This document shows positions 21,056 to 30,979 of a stretch of 64,000 nt of DNA, one piece after another (within the stretch, counting starts at the first letter, position 1; each line of letters opens with the position of its first letter). This DNA comes from Leptothrix sp. (in: b-proteobacteria) (lineage in GTDB: Bacteria; Pseudomonadota; Gammaproteobacteria; Burkholderiales; Burkholderiaceae_C). The position numbers and the translations under genes were made by a program. The notes beneath the pieces are model-generated. The model had not been told where the DNA came from and made no database searches. It saw only the letters and a list, made by a program, of their open reading frames with translations. The stretch covers positions 3,740-67,739 of the forward strand of contig JBFPGZ010000013.1 of assembly GCA_041083665.1 (NCBI GenBank). Direction: 5' to 3'.

Positions 21056-21597
21056 GCAGTGGCTCCGGCGCGCGCTAGCAAATCGAGCGATTCGGGCACA
21101 TCAGCGGTGGCGAGCAGCGCATCCAGCCGGGCCGGCGTCATGCGGGCGTACGGCTGGCCGTCGAGGCTCAAAGCCGGCGACAGGGCGCACAGGCCCAGGC
21201 AGTAGGCCGCCTCGACCGTGTGGCTGCCACAGGCGCTGGTGAGGGCCGCCTCGCTGCAGCCAAGCGTGCTGCGAGCGTGTGCCAGCAGCGCCTCGGCGCC
21301 CATCGACTGGCAGGCCTCGGCACGGCAGATCTGCAGCACGCGCCGGCCCGGCGGCGCGCTGCGGAAGTGGTGGTAGTAGCTGACGACGCCGAACACCTCG
21401 GCGCGCGACAGGTTGAGGGCACGGGCGATGAGCGGCAGCACGTCCGGCGGGATGTAGCCCAGCGCCTCCTGCACGCCGTGCAGCAAAGGCAGCAGCGCAC
21501 CCGGTCGATCGCGAAACTGCTCGATCAAGGCGGCCACCTGCGCAAGGTCTTGCGCTGAGGTCTGCGTGGAGCTGGAGGAGTGATTCATGGGCAACAA
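21052..21597 (-). CDS. fdsG: Formate dehydrogenase gamma subunit (NuoE-like 2Fe-2S thioredoxin-like ferredoxin)
   Basis: NuoE-like fold with Cys motifs 'CRAEACQSMG' and 'CLGLCALSP'. Its stop overlaps the fdsB start. Confidence 0.8.
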   Translation of the reverse strand: MLPMNHSSSSTQTSAQDLAQVAALIEQFRDRPGALLPLLHGVQEALGYIPPDVLPLIARALNLSRAEVFGVVSYYHHFRSAPPGRRVLQICRAEACQSMGAEALLAHARSTLGCSEAALTSACGSHTVEAAYCLGLCALSPALSLDGQPYARMTPARLDALLATADVPESLDLLARAGATA

Positions 21598-21632
21598 ACC
21601 GTCGGATCAATGCAAATCAATGGTCAGGATCT

Positions 21633-23306
21633 TCAGCCGAAGAACTTCGCCACGCTCAGCACGGTGCGATAGACGCCCCACGCCAAGGGGATGCCGACCG
21701 CCGCCCAAGCCGCCACCACCAGCAGCGGGCTGGTGCGATGGAAGGTCATGGTGCCGGGGCCGACTTCGGCCGCCACGGCCTTGTCATGGGCCAGGCGCTT
21801 TTCTTCGGCCAGCTCGGCGGCGTTCATGAAGTGCTTCGGGTCCAGCGGGCGGATCAGCAGGTTGCAGATCAGGCCGATCACCAGCATCGCCACCAGGATG
21901 TACATGGTCTGGTTGTAGACCTGCTCGCGCGGGATGCCCAGACCGAGCTGGTAGTCGCGCATGTAGTTCACCACCACGGGCCCCAGGATGCCGGCGGTGG
22001 CCCAGGCGGTCAGCAGCCGGCCGTGGATGGCGCCAACCATCTGCGTGCCGAACAGATCCGCCAGATAAGCCGGCACGGTGGCAAAGCCGCCGCCGTACAT
22101 GCTCAGGATGACGCAGAAGGCCGCCACGAACAGCAGCTTGGAGCCAGCCGCCGCACTGCCCGGCACGCTGGCGTAGAGCAGCCCGCCCAGCACGAAGAAC
22201 ACCACGTAGGTCAGCTTGCGGCCGAGCTTGTCGGACAGGCTGGCCCAGAAGAAGCGCCCGCCGATGTTGAACAGGCTCAGCAGCGCGGTGAAGCCGGCCG
22301 CCACGCTGGCAATCGCCGTCAGCTGCGCCTTGTCGAGTTCACCAAACTTCTTGGCCACGCCGATCAGGTGGCCGCCGAACACTTCCTGCAGCATCGGGCT
22401 GGACATGCCGATCACGCCGATGCCGGCCGAGACGTTCATGCACAGCACCATCCAGACCAGCCAGAACTGCGGAATGCCCCAGACCTTTTTCACGTGCACG
22501 TGGTGCGGCGTGATCATGGCGTTGTTCTTCTGCGCCACCGGCGGCGTCCAGCCTTCCGGCGCCCAGCCCGAGGCCGGCACGCGGTACGACAAGGCACCAC
22601 CCAGCATGAAAACGATGTAGACCAGCGCCATGACGATGAAGGTGGGCGCCACGCCCACATCGGTGGGGCTGGCAAAGATCTTCAGCAGTTCAGCCGCCAG
22701 CGGCGAGCCGATCATCGCGCCACCGCCGAAACCCATGATCGCCATGCCGGTGGCCATGCCGCGCCGGTCCGGGAACCACTTGATCAGCGTGCTCACCGGC
22801 GAGATGTAGCCCAGCCCGAGGCCGATGCCGCCGATCACGCCGGAGCCGAGCAGCATCATCCAGAACTGGTGCATCTGCACGCCCAGCGCCGAGATCAGCA
22901 TGCCGCCGCACCAGCACAGCGCCGACACCACGCCGGCCTTGCGCGGGCCGACCCGCTCCAGCCAGCCACCCCAGATGGCCGCCGACGAGCCGAGCAGCAC
23001 GAAGAACAGCGTGTACATCCAGCCCAGCGTCGAGACTTTCCAGTCGCAGCTGGTGGTGAACAGCTCGGCCCAGAAGCCGACGTCGGCGCCGCACTTGATG
23101 GATTCCTTGATGCCGAGCGCCTTCGAGAGCGGCAGCCAGAACACCGAGAAGCCGTAGGCCATGCCGATGCACAGGTGGATCGCCAGCGCAGCGGGCGGCA
23201 CCAGCCAGCGGTTGAAGCCCGGAGCGGCGATGATGCGCTCCTTGGACAGGAAGCTGCCGTGGCCGTGATGGGCCGGCACAGCGCCATTGATCAGAATGGT
23301 GGACAT
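21633..23306 (-). CDS. MFS transporter, likely oxalate/formate antiporter (OFA)-like, leading the fds operon
   Basis: 557 aa with about 12 or more TM helices. Co-directional and 36 bp upstream of fdsG. Confidence 0.7.
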   Translation of the reverse strand: MSTILINGAVPAHHGHGSFLSKERIIAAPGFNRWLVPPAALAIHLCIGMAYGFSVFWLPLSKALGIKESIKCGADVGFWAELFTTSCDWKVSTLGWMYTLFFVLLGSSAAIWGGWLERVGPRKAGVVSALCWCGGMLISALGVQMHQFWMMLLGSGVIGGIGLGLGYISPVSTLIKWFPDRRGMATGMAIMGFGGGAMIGSPLAAELLKIFASPTDVGVAPTFIVMALVYIVFMLGGALSYRVPASGWAPEGWTPPVAQKNNAMITPHHVHVKKVWGIPQFWLVWMVLCMNVSAGIGVIGMSSPMLQEVFGGHLIGVAKKFGELDKAQLTAIASVAAGFTALLSLFNIGGRFFWASLSDKLGRKLTYVVFFVLGGLLYASVPGSAAAGSKLLFVAAFCVILSMYGGGFATVPAYLADLFGTQMVGAIHGRLLTAWATAGILGPVVVNYMRDYQLGLGIPREQVYNQTMYILVAMLVIGLICNLLIRPLDPKHFMNAAELAEEKRLAHDKAVAAEVGPGTMTFHRTSPLLVVAAWAAVGIPLAWGVYRTVLSVAKFFG

Positions 23307-23461
23307 CGTGTCTCCTCGTGGTGAATTCGTATTGGCGTCGGCACCATGGCCACCGACGTCATTTGTTCTGCGGCGCCATGGTTACCGCTTCAGCGGCGGA
23401 CTGCAATATGAGCGCCGCAGCGGCAGGCATGTGCAGTCCAGCTCCTAAAGGGAAGTCCCTG

Positions 23462-24532
23462 ATGAAAAAAATCGCCATCAAGCCGGTCTGGACCATCCAG
23501 GAGGCCGGTGGCCCGCCGATGCCGCCGCGCCTGCTCGATTTGCTGGTGCGCGTGCAGGCACAAGGCAGCCTGCAGGCCGCATGCGAGCAACTGGGGCTGT
23601 CGTACCGCCACGGCTGGGATCTGGTCCGTCAGGGCGAGGCGCATTTCAACACCACCTTGCTGCACATGGAGCGCGGCAAGGGCTCGACGCTCTCGGCCCT
23701 GGGCGAAAAGCTGGTCTGGGCCGATCACCGCATCACGGCGCGGCTCAAGCCGGTGCTCGACTCGCTGGCCTCGGAGCTGGCGGTCGAGATCGGCCGACTC
23801 ATCTCGGCCGAGCCGACCGTGCTGCGCCTGCAGGCCAGCCACGGCTTCGCGGTCGAGGCGCTGGTCGAATCGCTCGGCCGGGACGGCATGGTGGTCGAGC
23901 GCAAGTACGGCAGCAGCACCGAAGCCGCCGCCGCGCTGCACGACCGGGCTTGCGATGTGGCGGGCTTTCACATCCCCGAAGGCGTGCTGCAAGCCAGCGC
24001 GCTGGCGCACTACGCCCGCTGGCTCGACGAACCCGACCTGATGGTGATCGACATCGCCACCCGCCGCCAAGGCCTGATGGTGCGGCCCGGCAACCCGAAG
24101 AAGATCTACGACCTGGGCGATCTGGCGCGCCCGGAGGTGCGCTTCATCAACCGTCAGGCCGGCTCGGGCACGCGCTTTCTGCTGGAGGGTCTGCTGGCGC
24201 GCCACGGCCTGGCCAGCGAGCGCATCGCCAGCTTCGAGCAAGGCGAATACACCCATGCGGCGGTGGCGGCCTACGTGGCCAGCGGCATGGCCGATGTGGG
24301 CTTCGGGCTGGAAACACCGGCCCGGCACTTCCAGCTCGATTTCATTTCACTCGCCAGCGAGCGCTACTTCCTGCTCTGCCGCCAAGCCACACTGGCCCTG
24401 CCGGGGATGCAGAGCGTGCTCGCCACCCTGCAAAGCCAGGCCTTCCACATCGCGGTGGATGCCCTGCCCGGCTATCACGCCACCGACACCGGCCGCGTCA
24501 CGCCGCTGCGCGACGCGTTCAGCTCGACCTGA
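23462..24532 (+). CDS. Transcriptional regulator with an N-terminal ModE/LysR-like winged HTH fused to a periplasmic-binding-protein-like domain
   Basis: N-terminal 'LLDLLVRVQAQGSLQAACEQLGLSYRHGWDLV' resembles the ModE N-terminal HTH. The C-terminal roughly 250 aa look like a type 2 PBP fold. It is divergent from the MFS-fds operon. Start chosen at MKKIAIK (23462). Confidence 0.55.
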   Translation: MKKIAIKPVWTIQEAGGPPMPPRLLDLLVRVQAQGSLQAACEQLGLSYRHGWDLVRQGEAHFNTTLLHMERGKGSTLSALGEKLVWADHRITARLKPVLDSLASELAVEIGRLISAEPTVLRLQASHGFAVEALVESLGRDGMVVERKYGSSTEAAAALHDRACDVAGFHIPEGVLQASALAHYARWLDEPDLMVIDIATRRQGLMVRPGNPKKIYDLGDLARPEVRFINRQAGSGTRFLLEGLLARHGLASERIASFEQGEYTHAAVAAYVASGMADVGFGLETPARHFQLDFISLASERYFLLCRQATLALPGMQSVLATLQSQAFHIAVDALPGYHATDTGRVTPLRDAFSST

Positions 24533-24544
24533 AGCGCCCCGGCT

Positions 24545-25636
24545 TCAGCTGGTCTTGCTCACCGTGATGGTCGGGAACTTGGCCGAGTAATCCTTGGCGG
24601 CGTCGGCGATCTTGACCGCGACCTTGCGGGCAATGCTCTTGTAGATCGCGGCGACCTCGCCATCGGGCTCGGCGGCCACCGTCGGGCAGCCGGCATCAGC
24701 CTGCTGGCGGATCGACAGCTTGAGCGGCAGGCCGCCCAGGTAATCGACGCCGTAGTTGGCGGCCATGTTCTTGCCGCCGTCGGCGCCGAAGATGTGCTCG
24801 GTGTGGCCGCAGTTCGGGCAGCAGTAGATCGCCATGTTCTCGACCAGGCCGAGGATCGGCACGCTGACCTTCTCGAACATGGTCAGGCCCTTCTTGGCGT
24901 CGATCAGCGCGACGTCCTGCGGCGTGGTCACGATCACGGCGCCGGTGACGGGCACCTTCTGCGCCAGCGTGAGCTGGATGTCGCCGGTGCCGGGCGGCAT
25001 GTCGATGATCAGGTAATCGAGGTCGTGCCAGTTGGTCTGGCGCAGCAGCTGCTCCAGCGCTTGGGTGGCCATCGGGCCGCGCCAGACCATGGCCTGGTCG
25101 TCATCGACCAGGAAACCGATCGACATGACCTGGATGCCGTGCGCTTCGAGCGGCTCCATGGTCTTGCCGTCGGCGCTCTCGGGCCGGCCGCTCACGCCCA
25201 GCATCAGCGGCTGGCTCGGGCCGTAGATGTCGGCGTCCAGAATGCCGACCGTCGCACCTTCGGCCGCCAGCGCCAGCGCCAGATTGACGGCGGTGGTGCT
25301 CTTGCCGACGCCGCCCTTGCCGGAAGCGATCGCGACGATGTTCTTCACGCCCGGCAGCAGCTGCACGCCGCGCTGCACCGCGTGGGCGGTGATCTTGCTG
25401 GTGATGCCGACGCTGACATTGCCCACGCCAGGCAGCGTGCGCACCGCAGCGATCAGGCTGGCGCGCAGAGCGTCCATCTGGCTGCGCGCCGGGTAGCCCA
25501 GCTCGACGTCGAGCGACACATCGCTGCCGCTGATGCGCAGGCTCTTGAGCTGCCGGGTGCTGACGAAGTCCCGACCGGTGTTCGGGTCGATGACGGTCTG
25601 GAGCGCGGTGCGGACAGTGCTGTCGGTGAGGGTCAT
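24545..25636 (-). CDS. apbC: Fe-S cluster carrier ATPase ApbC/Mrp
   Basis: N-terminal DUF59-like region followed by the P-loop 'GKGGVGKSTTAVNLALALAAEG'; 'NMAIYCCPNCGHTEHIFG' is the CxxC cluster-binding motif. Confidence 0.9.
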   Translation of the reverse strand: MTLTDSTVRTALQTVIDPNTGRDFVSTRQLKSLRISGSDVSLDVELGYPARSQMDALRASLIAAVRTLPGVGNVSVGITSKITAHAVQRGVQLLPGVKNIVAIASGKGGVGKSTTAVNLALALAAEGATVGILDADIYGPSQPLMLGVSGRPESADGKTMEPLEAHGIQVMSIGFLVDDDQAMVWRGPMATQALEQLLRQTNWHDLDYLIIDMPPGTGDIQLTLAQKVPVTGAVIVTTPQDVALIDAKKGLTMFEKVSVPILGLVENMAIYCCPNCGHTEHIFGADGGKNMAANYGVDYLGGLPLKLSIRQQADAGCPTVAAEPDGEVAAIYKSIARKVAVKIADAAKDYSAKFPTITVSKTS

Positions 25637-25816
25637 ATCAGGGCGGCTGGTTGGGGCGGAGCGGATGCGTGCATGCATCCATCGATGCGGCGCAAGTCTA
25701 GCGGCTGCCACGCCGCCGGTGGGCCGCAAGGGCAACGCCCCTACTCCGCGCAGCTACCCGATCGGGCAACCCCAGCCACCCCGATCGACCCGACCGTTTC
25801 AGGTCGGCGACGGCGC

Positions 25817-27079
25817 TCAGCCGCTGACCAGCCCGCTCATCTGCACCACCTCCAGATCGCTGCCCTTGACCTGGCCCAGCTCGGCGATCAGCTTGCTGTC
25901 GTTCCAGCGCGGGTCGGGCGCGCCACTCATGTAGAAGTTGCTGCCGTTGTCGGCCAGGATCATGCCGTAGGCCTTCAGCGCCGTGAGGATGGCGCGCGTC
26001 TCGGCGCTGAAGCTGGCCGGGATGACGTAGCTGGCCTTCAGGCGCACCCGCATACCCATCGGTGGCAGATTGGTTGCGGTGCTGGAGCTGGCCGAATGGG
26101 TGGCCGGCGCCACGTAGGCGCTGCGGGTCTTGGCCACTGTGAAGCGCAGCGCGTGGCGGATGCCGCCGGGGCCGAGCGCGGCTTCTTCGTAGCGCGCCAG
26201 GCCGGGCAGGATCGGCAGACCGGCGGCGTCGGCGCTGGTCCAGCCGGGCTGGCCGCCCGGGCGCACCGTGTTGCTGGTGAGGTCGAACAAGGCACCCGAG
26301 TCGGCGTTCCACGAGCCGTCGGCGTTCGGGAAGGCACGGTACAGCTCGTAGAGCTTGTTGTTGTCGCGGTCGAGCACCAGCACGTGGCGGTCGCCATCGC
26401 CAGCCGAGCCGCCTTCGATCGGCGCGCCGGCCGGCACCGGATAGGGGCCGGGGTCGCTTTCGCTGCCGTAGGCGGTGTAGTTGATCTTGACCTTGGCCTG
26501 CGTGCCGGCCACGACGTGATACGGAATGCCGATCGGCCCGCCGTTCCAGCTGCCCGAGCCAAAGTCGGGCCGCAGGCCGGTCGAGAGGCCGATGCTGGAG
26601 AGGATCGCGCTCGAATTGGCGTCCACCGCCGCCGCCGAAACATCGCTGTTCCAGGCATTGCTGGCCGGGAACGCCAGCGCACCGTTCAGGTTGGCGTTGG
26701 CGCCCAGGCTGGCGCCCTTGAAATTGCCGTAGCTGCTGGTGCCAGGGGTTGGCGCCGGAGCTGGGGCCGGAGCCGGGGTAGGCGTTGGTGCCGGACTGGG
26801 TGCGGGGGTCGGCGTCGGTGCGGGTACTGGCGCAGGACTCGGTGCTGGCGTCGGTGTGGGTGCCGGCGCCGGACTGGGGCTGCGCCGCCGCCGCAGCGCC
26901 TCTTCGGTGGCGGCGTCGACGGCCGAAGTGTCGGAGCCGCCACCACCGCAGGCGCTCAGCCAGAGGCTGGAGAGCGCCGCCAGACCGCCGAGAGTCGCGG
27001 TGCGGCGCCGCTGGTCGATGCCGATGTCCACCGCCGTGGTGAGCGGCTGCGGATGGGGAGCGCGGGTTGATTTGTCCAT
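25817..27079 (-). CDS. Tat-signal lipoprotein with a Pro/Thr/Ala-rich linker and a C-terminal domain of unknown function
   Basis: N-terminal 'RRRTATLGGLAALSSLWLSACGGG' carries a twin-arginine motif plus a lipobox. A roughly 60-aa (PAPTPT)n linker follows, then a roughly 300-aa globular domain. Confidence 0.5.
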   Translation of the reverse strand: MDKSTRAPHPQPLTTAVDIGIDQRRRTATLGGLAALSSLWLSACGGGGSDTSAVDAATEEALRRRRSPSPAPAPTPTPAPSPAPVPAPTPTPAPSPAPTPTPAPAPAPAPTPGTSSYGNFKGASLGANANLNGALAFPASNAWNSDVSAAAVDANSSAILSSIGLSTGLRPDFGSGSWNGGPIGIPYHVVAGTQAKVKINYTAYGSESDPGPYPVPAGAPIEGGSAGDGDRHVLVLDRDNNKLYELYRAFPNADGSWNADSGALFDLTSNTVRPGGQPGWTSADAAGLPILPGLARYEEAALGPGGIRHALRFTVAKTRSAYVAPATHSASSSTATNLPPMGMRVRLKASYVIPASFSAETRAILTALKAYGMILADNGSNFYMSGAPDPRWNDSKLIAELGQVKGSDLEVVQMSGLVSG

Positions 27080-27257
27080 GGCGCCGATTCTGGGCAGCAG
27101 CGCCGCAAACGTCTGTGGTCGAGCGCAACTCGATATGAGGACACGTTAAGCAAAGTTGCATCTTCAGATGCAAAAGCGCCTTGTCGCGGGGCGCAGCTCA
27201 TGATCTGGTGCGACACCGCACACACATTTGATTGCAATCGAACCGGTCCGGCGCGGC

Positions 27258-27611
27258 TCAGGCCGGAGCGTCGATCCGGCGCGCAGCGGGCGCCTCGATC
27301 ACCAGGTCCGCTGCGGCCAGCGCCACGCAGGGCAGGATCCAGCCCTCACTCTTTTCCTCGGTGCTCAGGCCCGGCCATTCGATCCGGTAGCGCACCTGGC
27401 CGGACTTCAACCGGCAGATGCAGGCGCGGCAGGTGCCGTTGCGGCAGGCGCTCGGCAGGCGCAAGCCGGCCGCCAAGGCGGCCTCCAGCACGCTGGCGCT
27501 GACTGGCACCACAAAGGTCCAGCTCTGCGGCTCGATCCGCACCTGATGCTCGGGTGGCGAATCGCCAGCAGGTTGGCAAGGGTCGGCGGCGGGCGCCATC
27601 GGGTCGGTCAT
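27258..27611 (-). CDS. 2Fe-2S ferredoxin-domain protein
   Basis: Cysteine spacing 'CRNGTCRAC...PCVA' (C-x4-C-x2-C...C) is typical of plant-type 2Fe-2S ferredoxin folds. Confidence 0.55.
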   Translation of the reverse strand: MTDPMAPAADPCQPAGDSPPEHQVRIEPQSWTFVVPVSASVLEAALAAGLRLPSACRNGTCRACICRLKSGQVRYRIEWPGLSTEEKSEGWILPCVALAAADLVIEAPAARRIDAPA

Positions 27612-27681
27612 TTGGCGGGGTCGTCATCGCACCGTCACGGCCGATCGGGATGATCGCCCGGTCAGCTGAGCTGCGGGAGCC

Positions 27682-28533
27682 ATGATGAGCGAGACAGTGA
27701 TTGAAGTGAAATCGCTCTGCAAGAGCTTCCATGGGCAGGCAGCGCTGCGCAATGTAGCGCTGCGGGTCGAGGCCGGCGAGATGGTCGCCTTGCTCGGCGC
27801 CTCCGGTTCTGGCAAATCGACGCTGCTGCGCCACCTGAACGGCTTGCACCGGGCCGACGCCGGCTCGGTCAGCGAAGTGCATCTGCTCGGCCGGCTGGTC
27901 CAACAGGGCGGCGTGCTGGCGCCGGACATCCGCAGCGTACGCGCCGAAGTCGCCGCGATCTTCCAGCAGTTCAATCTGGTCGATCGGCTGCCGGTCATGC
28001 TCAATGTGATGGCCGGCGCGCTGCACCGCCTGCCGCTCTGGCGCGCCTTGCTCGGGCGCTTTCCGCCCGCCGAGCACGCACGCGCCTATCAGGCCTTGAG
28101 CCGGGTCGGCATCGAGCGCTGCGCCTGGCAACGCGCCTCGACCTTGTCGGGTGGCCAGCAGCAACGCGCCGCCATTTCACGCGCGCTGGTGCAGCAAGCC
28201 AGGATCATCCTGGCCGACGAGCCGATCGCCTCGCTCGACCCCGAATCGAGCCGGCGCGTCATGGCGCTGCTGGCCGAGCTGAACCGCGAACTCGGCGTGA
28301 CCGTGCTGGTCTCGCTGCATCAGATCGACTACGCCTTCACCTTCTGCCCGCGCACCATCGCGCTGCGCACGGGCGAAGTGGTCTACGACGGCCCGACGCG
28401 CGACTTGACGCCCGAGCGGCTGCGCGCGCTGTACGGCGCCCAGACCGACGAGCTGTTGCAGCCGGAGCCTCCCGCGCCGGTTGCGGCCGACTGGCAACCC
28501 CGCATGCCGCAGCCCGTGTTGCACGCCGCCTGA
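27682..28533 (+). CDS. phnC: Phosphonate ABC transporter ATP-binding protein
   Basis: Walker A '[11 protein letters not shown]', ABC signature '[15 protein letters not shown]', Walker B 'ILADEP'. phnD and phnE follow. Confidence 0.85.
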   Translation: MMSETVIEVKSLCKSFHGQAALRNVALRVEAGEMVALLGASGSGKSTLLRHLNGLHRADAGSVSEVHLLGRLVQQGGVLAPDIRSVRAEVAAIFQQFNLVDRLPVMLNVMAGALHRLPLWRALLGRFPPAEHARAYQALSRVGIERCAWQRASTLSGGQQQRAAISRALVQQARIILADEPIASLDPESSRRVMALLAELNRELGVTVLVSLHQIDYAFTFCPRTIALRTGEVVYDGPTRDLTPERLRALYGAQTDELLQPEPPAPVAADWQPRMPQPVLHAA

Positions 28534-28573
28534 GCCCCATCCCGTTTTGCTCTGTCCCGCGAGGAACTCTCCG

Positions 28574-29545
28574 ATGAAAACCTGGATCGCCGCCACCACT
28601 CTTGCCGCCGTCGCGCTGCTCAGCAGCACTGCCGGTGCGCAGACCAAGGAGCTGAACTTCGGCTTCATCTCGACCGAATCGTCGGCCAACCTGAAAAGCG
28701 CCTGGCAGCCGCTGCTGGAAGACATGAGCAAGGTCACCGGCATCACGGTGAAGGCCTTCTTCGCGCCCGACTACGCTGGCGTGATCGAAGGCATGCGCTT
28801 CAACAAGGTGCAGGTGGCCTGGATGGGCAACAAGTCCGGCATGGAAGCGGTGGACCGCGCCAGCGCCGAAGTGTTCGCCAAGACGGTCGGCAAGGACGGC
28901 ACCGAGGGCTACTACTCGCTGCTGGTGGTGCACAAGGACAGCCCGCTCAAGAGCCTGGCCGATGTGCTGGCGCAGCACGCCAGCCTGACGCTCGGTTTCG
29001 GCGACCCGAACTCGACCAGCGGCACTGCGGTGCCGGGCCTGTACGCCTTCAGCCAGAACCAGGTCGATCCGGTCAAGGACTTCAAGCGCACCGTGCGCGC
29101 CAGCCACGAAACCAACCTGCTGGCCGTCGTGAACAAGCAGGTCGATGTGGCGACCAACAACACCGAGAACACCGACCGCTTCGCCCTGACGCACCCGGAC
29201 CAGGCCAAGCAGGTGCGCGAGATCTGGCGCTCGCCGCTGATCCCGAGTGACCCGATCGTCTGGCGCAAGGATCTGGACGAGGCCGCCAAGACCAAGGTGC
29301 GCGAGTTCATGCTGAGCTACGGCAAGGACGCACGCGAGCAGGCCATCCTGCAGACGCTCGGCTACAGCGCCTTTCGCGCTTCGAGCAACGCGCAGCTGGT
29401 GCCGATCCGCCAGATCGAGCTGGTCCGTGAGCGCGCCAAGGTCGAGGCCGACACCGCCCTGGCCGCCGACGAGCGTGCCAGAAAGGTCAAGGACATCGAC
29501 GCCCGCATCAACGAGCTGAACAAGCAGCTCGCCAGCGCCAAGTAA
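28574..29545 (+). CDS. phnD: Phosphonate/phosphite ABC transporter substrate-binding protein with a C-terminal coiled-coil-like extension
   Basis: Signal peptide 'MKTWIAATTLAAVALLSSTAGA' and PhnD-like 'LNFGFISTESS...YAGVIEGM'. The last roughly 50 aa, 'ELVRERAKVEADTALAADERARKVKDIDARINELNKQLASAK', are helical and charged. Confidence 0.8.
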   Translation: MKTWIAATTLAAVALLSSTAGAQTKELNFGFISTESSANLKSAWQPLLEDMSKVTGITVKAFFAPDYAGVIEGMRFNKVQVAWMGNKSGMEAVDRASAEVFAKTVGKDGTEGYYSLLVVHKDSPLKSLADVLAQHASLTLGFGDPNSTSGTAVPGLYAFSQNQVDPVKDFKRTVRASHETNLLAVVNKQVDVATNNTENTDRFALTHPDQAKQVREIWRSPLIPSDPIVWRKDLDEAAKTKVREFMLSYGKDAREQAILQTLGYSAFRASSNAQLVPIRQIELVRERAKVEADTALAADERARKVKDIDARINELNKQLASAK

Positions 29546-29563
29546 GCGCCGACGGCCCCCGCC

Positions 29564-30379
29564 ATGATCACCACGCCGACGCTCCAGGCAGCCCTGCCGC
29601 CGACCGCGCCCCACGCGCTGCCGCCGCGTCGGTCCATGACGACGCGGCTGCTGTGGGGCGTGCTGCTGGCGCTGCTGGCCGCCAGCTGGCAGGGCGCCGA
29701 CATGCGCCCGCTCGACCTGTTTCGCGACGCCGGCAACATGGCGCAGTACGCCAGCGGCTTCTTTCCGCCCGCCTTTGGCGACTGGCGCTACTACCTGTCG
29801 GAGCTGGTGATCACGCTGCAGATCGCGCTGTGGGGCACCGTGCTGGCCATCGTCGGCTCAGTGCCGCTGGCGCTGCTGGCGTCGGGCAACCTGACGCCGT
29901 GGTGGGTGCACCAGCCGGTGCGGCGCCTGCTCGACGCCTGCCGCTCCATCAACGAGATGGTGTTCGCGCTGCTGTTCGTGGTGGCGGTGGGCCTGGGGCC
30001 GTTCGCGGGCGTGCTGGCGCTGTGGGTGCACACCACCGGCGTGCTCGCCAAGCTGTTTTCCGAAGCGGTCGAGGCGATCGACCCGCATCCGGTCGAAGGC
30101 ATCCGCGCCACCGGCGCGCATCCGCTGGCAGAAATCATCTACGGCGTGATCCCGCAGGTGCTGCCGCTGTGGGCCTCGTATGCGCTGTACCGCTTCGAGT
30201 CGAACGTGCGCTCCGCCTCGGTGGTCGGCATGGTCGGCGCGGGGGGCATCGGCATGGTGCTGTGGGATGTGATCCGTGGTTTTCAATACCCGCAGACCGC
30301 CGCCGTGCTGATCATGCTGGTGGTGTCGGTGTCGGTCATCGATGTGGTGTCGGCGCAGCTGCGCAAGCGATTGATCTGA
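29564..30379 (+). CDS. phnE: Phosphonate ABC transporter permease
   Basis: Six TM helices with the PhnE-type permease EAA-like loop; it follows phnD. Confidence 0.8.
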   Translation: MITTPTLQAALPPTAPHALPPRRSMTTRLLWGVLLALLAASWQGADMRPLDLFRDAGNMAQYASGFFPPAFGDWRYYLSELVITLQIALWGTVLAIVGSVPLALLASGNLTPWWVHQPVRRLLDACRSINEMVFALLFVVAVGLGPFAGVLALWVHTTGVLAKLFSEAVEAIDPHPVEGIRATGAHPLAEIIYGVIPQVLPLWASYALYRFESNVRSASVVGMVGAGGIGMVLWDVIRGFQYPQTAAVLIMLVVSVSVIDVVSAQLRKRLI

Positions 30380-30392
30380 ACCCGAAGGGAGT

Positions 30393-30968
30393 GTGGCGAT
30401 GAGCCCCGATCACCTGATCAGCCGTATCGACGAGCTGTTCCAGCGTCACGGCAACCAGTTCTACGACGACGCCCGGCAGGAGTCGGTCACGGCGCTGGAG
30501 CATGCGCTGCAATGCGCCCAGCTGGCCGAGTGGGCCGATGCCGATCTGCCGCTGGTGGCCGCCGCGCTGCTGCACGACATCGGCCATTTCCTGGCGCTTG
30601 ATCTGCCCGACAGCGTCGATGACACGCACGAGGAGCGCGCCGTGCCGTTCCTGGCCCACGCCTTTGACCGCGCCGTGACCGAGCCGATCCGCCTGCACGT
30701 GCAGGCCAAACGCTATCTGGTGCGCATCGACGCCGAATACGCCGCGCAGCTCTCAACCGCCTCGCAGCACTCGCTGCGGCTGCAGGGCGGGCCGATGAGC
30801 AACGCGCAGATGCGCCAGTTCGAGGCCGAGCCGTTCGCCATTCCGGCCCTGCAGCTGCGCCGCTGGGACGATCTGGCCAAGGAGCCGGGCCGACACACGC
30901 CGCCGCTGAGCTACTACCTCACGCTGCTGGATGAGGTCGTGCAGCACCGCCACACCAACATGGTCTGA
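30393..30968 (+). CDS. HD-domain protein associated with phosphonate degradation operons (TIGR03276-like; possibly a PhnZ-like oxygenase relative)
   Basis: 'AALLHDIGHFLA' is the HD motif, and the protein is about 190 aa. It lies 14 bp after phnE on the same strand. Confidence 0.65.
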   Translation: MAMSPDHLISRIDELFQRHGNQFYDDARQESVTALEHALQCAQLAEWADADLPLVAAALLHDIGHFLALDLPDSVDDTHEERAVPFLAHAFDRAVTEPIRLHVQAKRYLVRIDAEYAAQLSTASQHSLRLQGGPMSNAQMRQFEAEPFAIPALQLRRWDDLAKEPGRHTPPLSYYLTLLDEVVQHRHTNMV

Positions 30969-30979
30969 ACACCCGGCCG

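Noticed and set aside
19640-23324. 521-aa and 528-aa plus-strand ORFs
   Set aside because: They are antisense to fdsB and to the MFS transporter. They are Arg/Ala-rich, which is typical of shadow ORFs in high-GC DNA.
24794-27173. 758-aa plus-strand ORF and a 491-aa minus-strand alternative frame
   Set aside because: Both overlap apbC and the Tat-lipoprotein gene. The chosen frames carry a P-loop plus CxxC (ApbC) and a clean Tat and lipobox signal peptide, so the alternatives are compositional artefacts.
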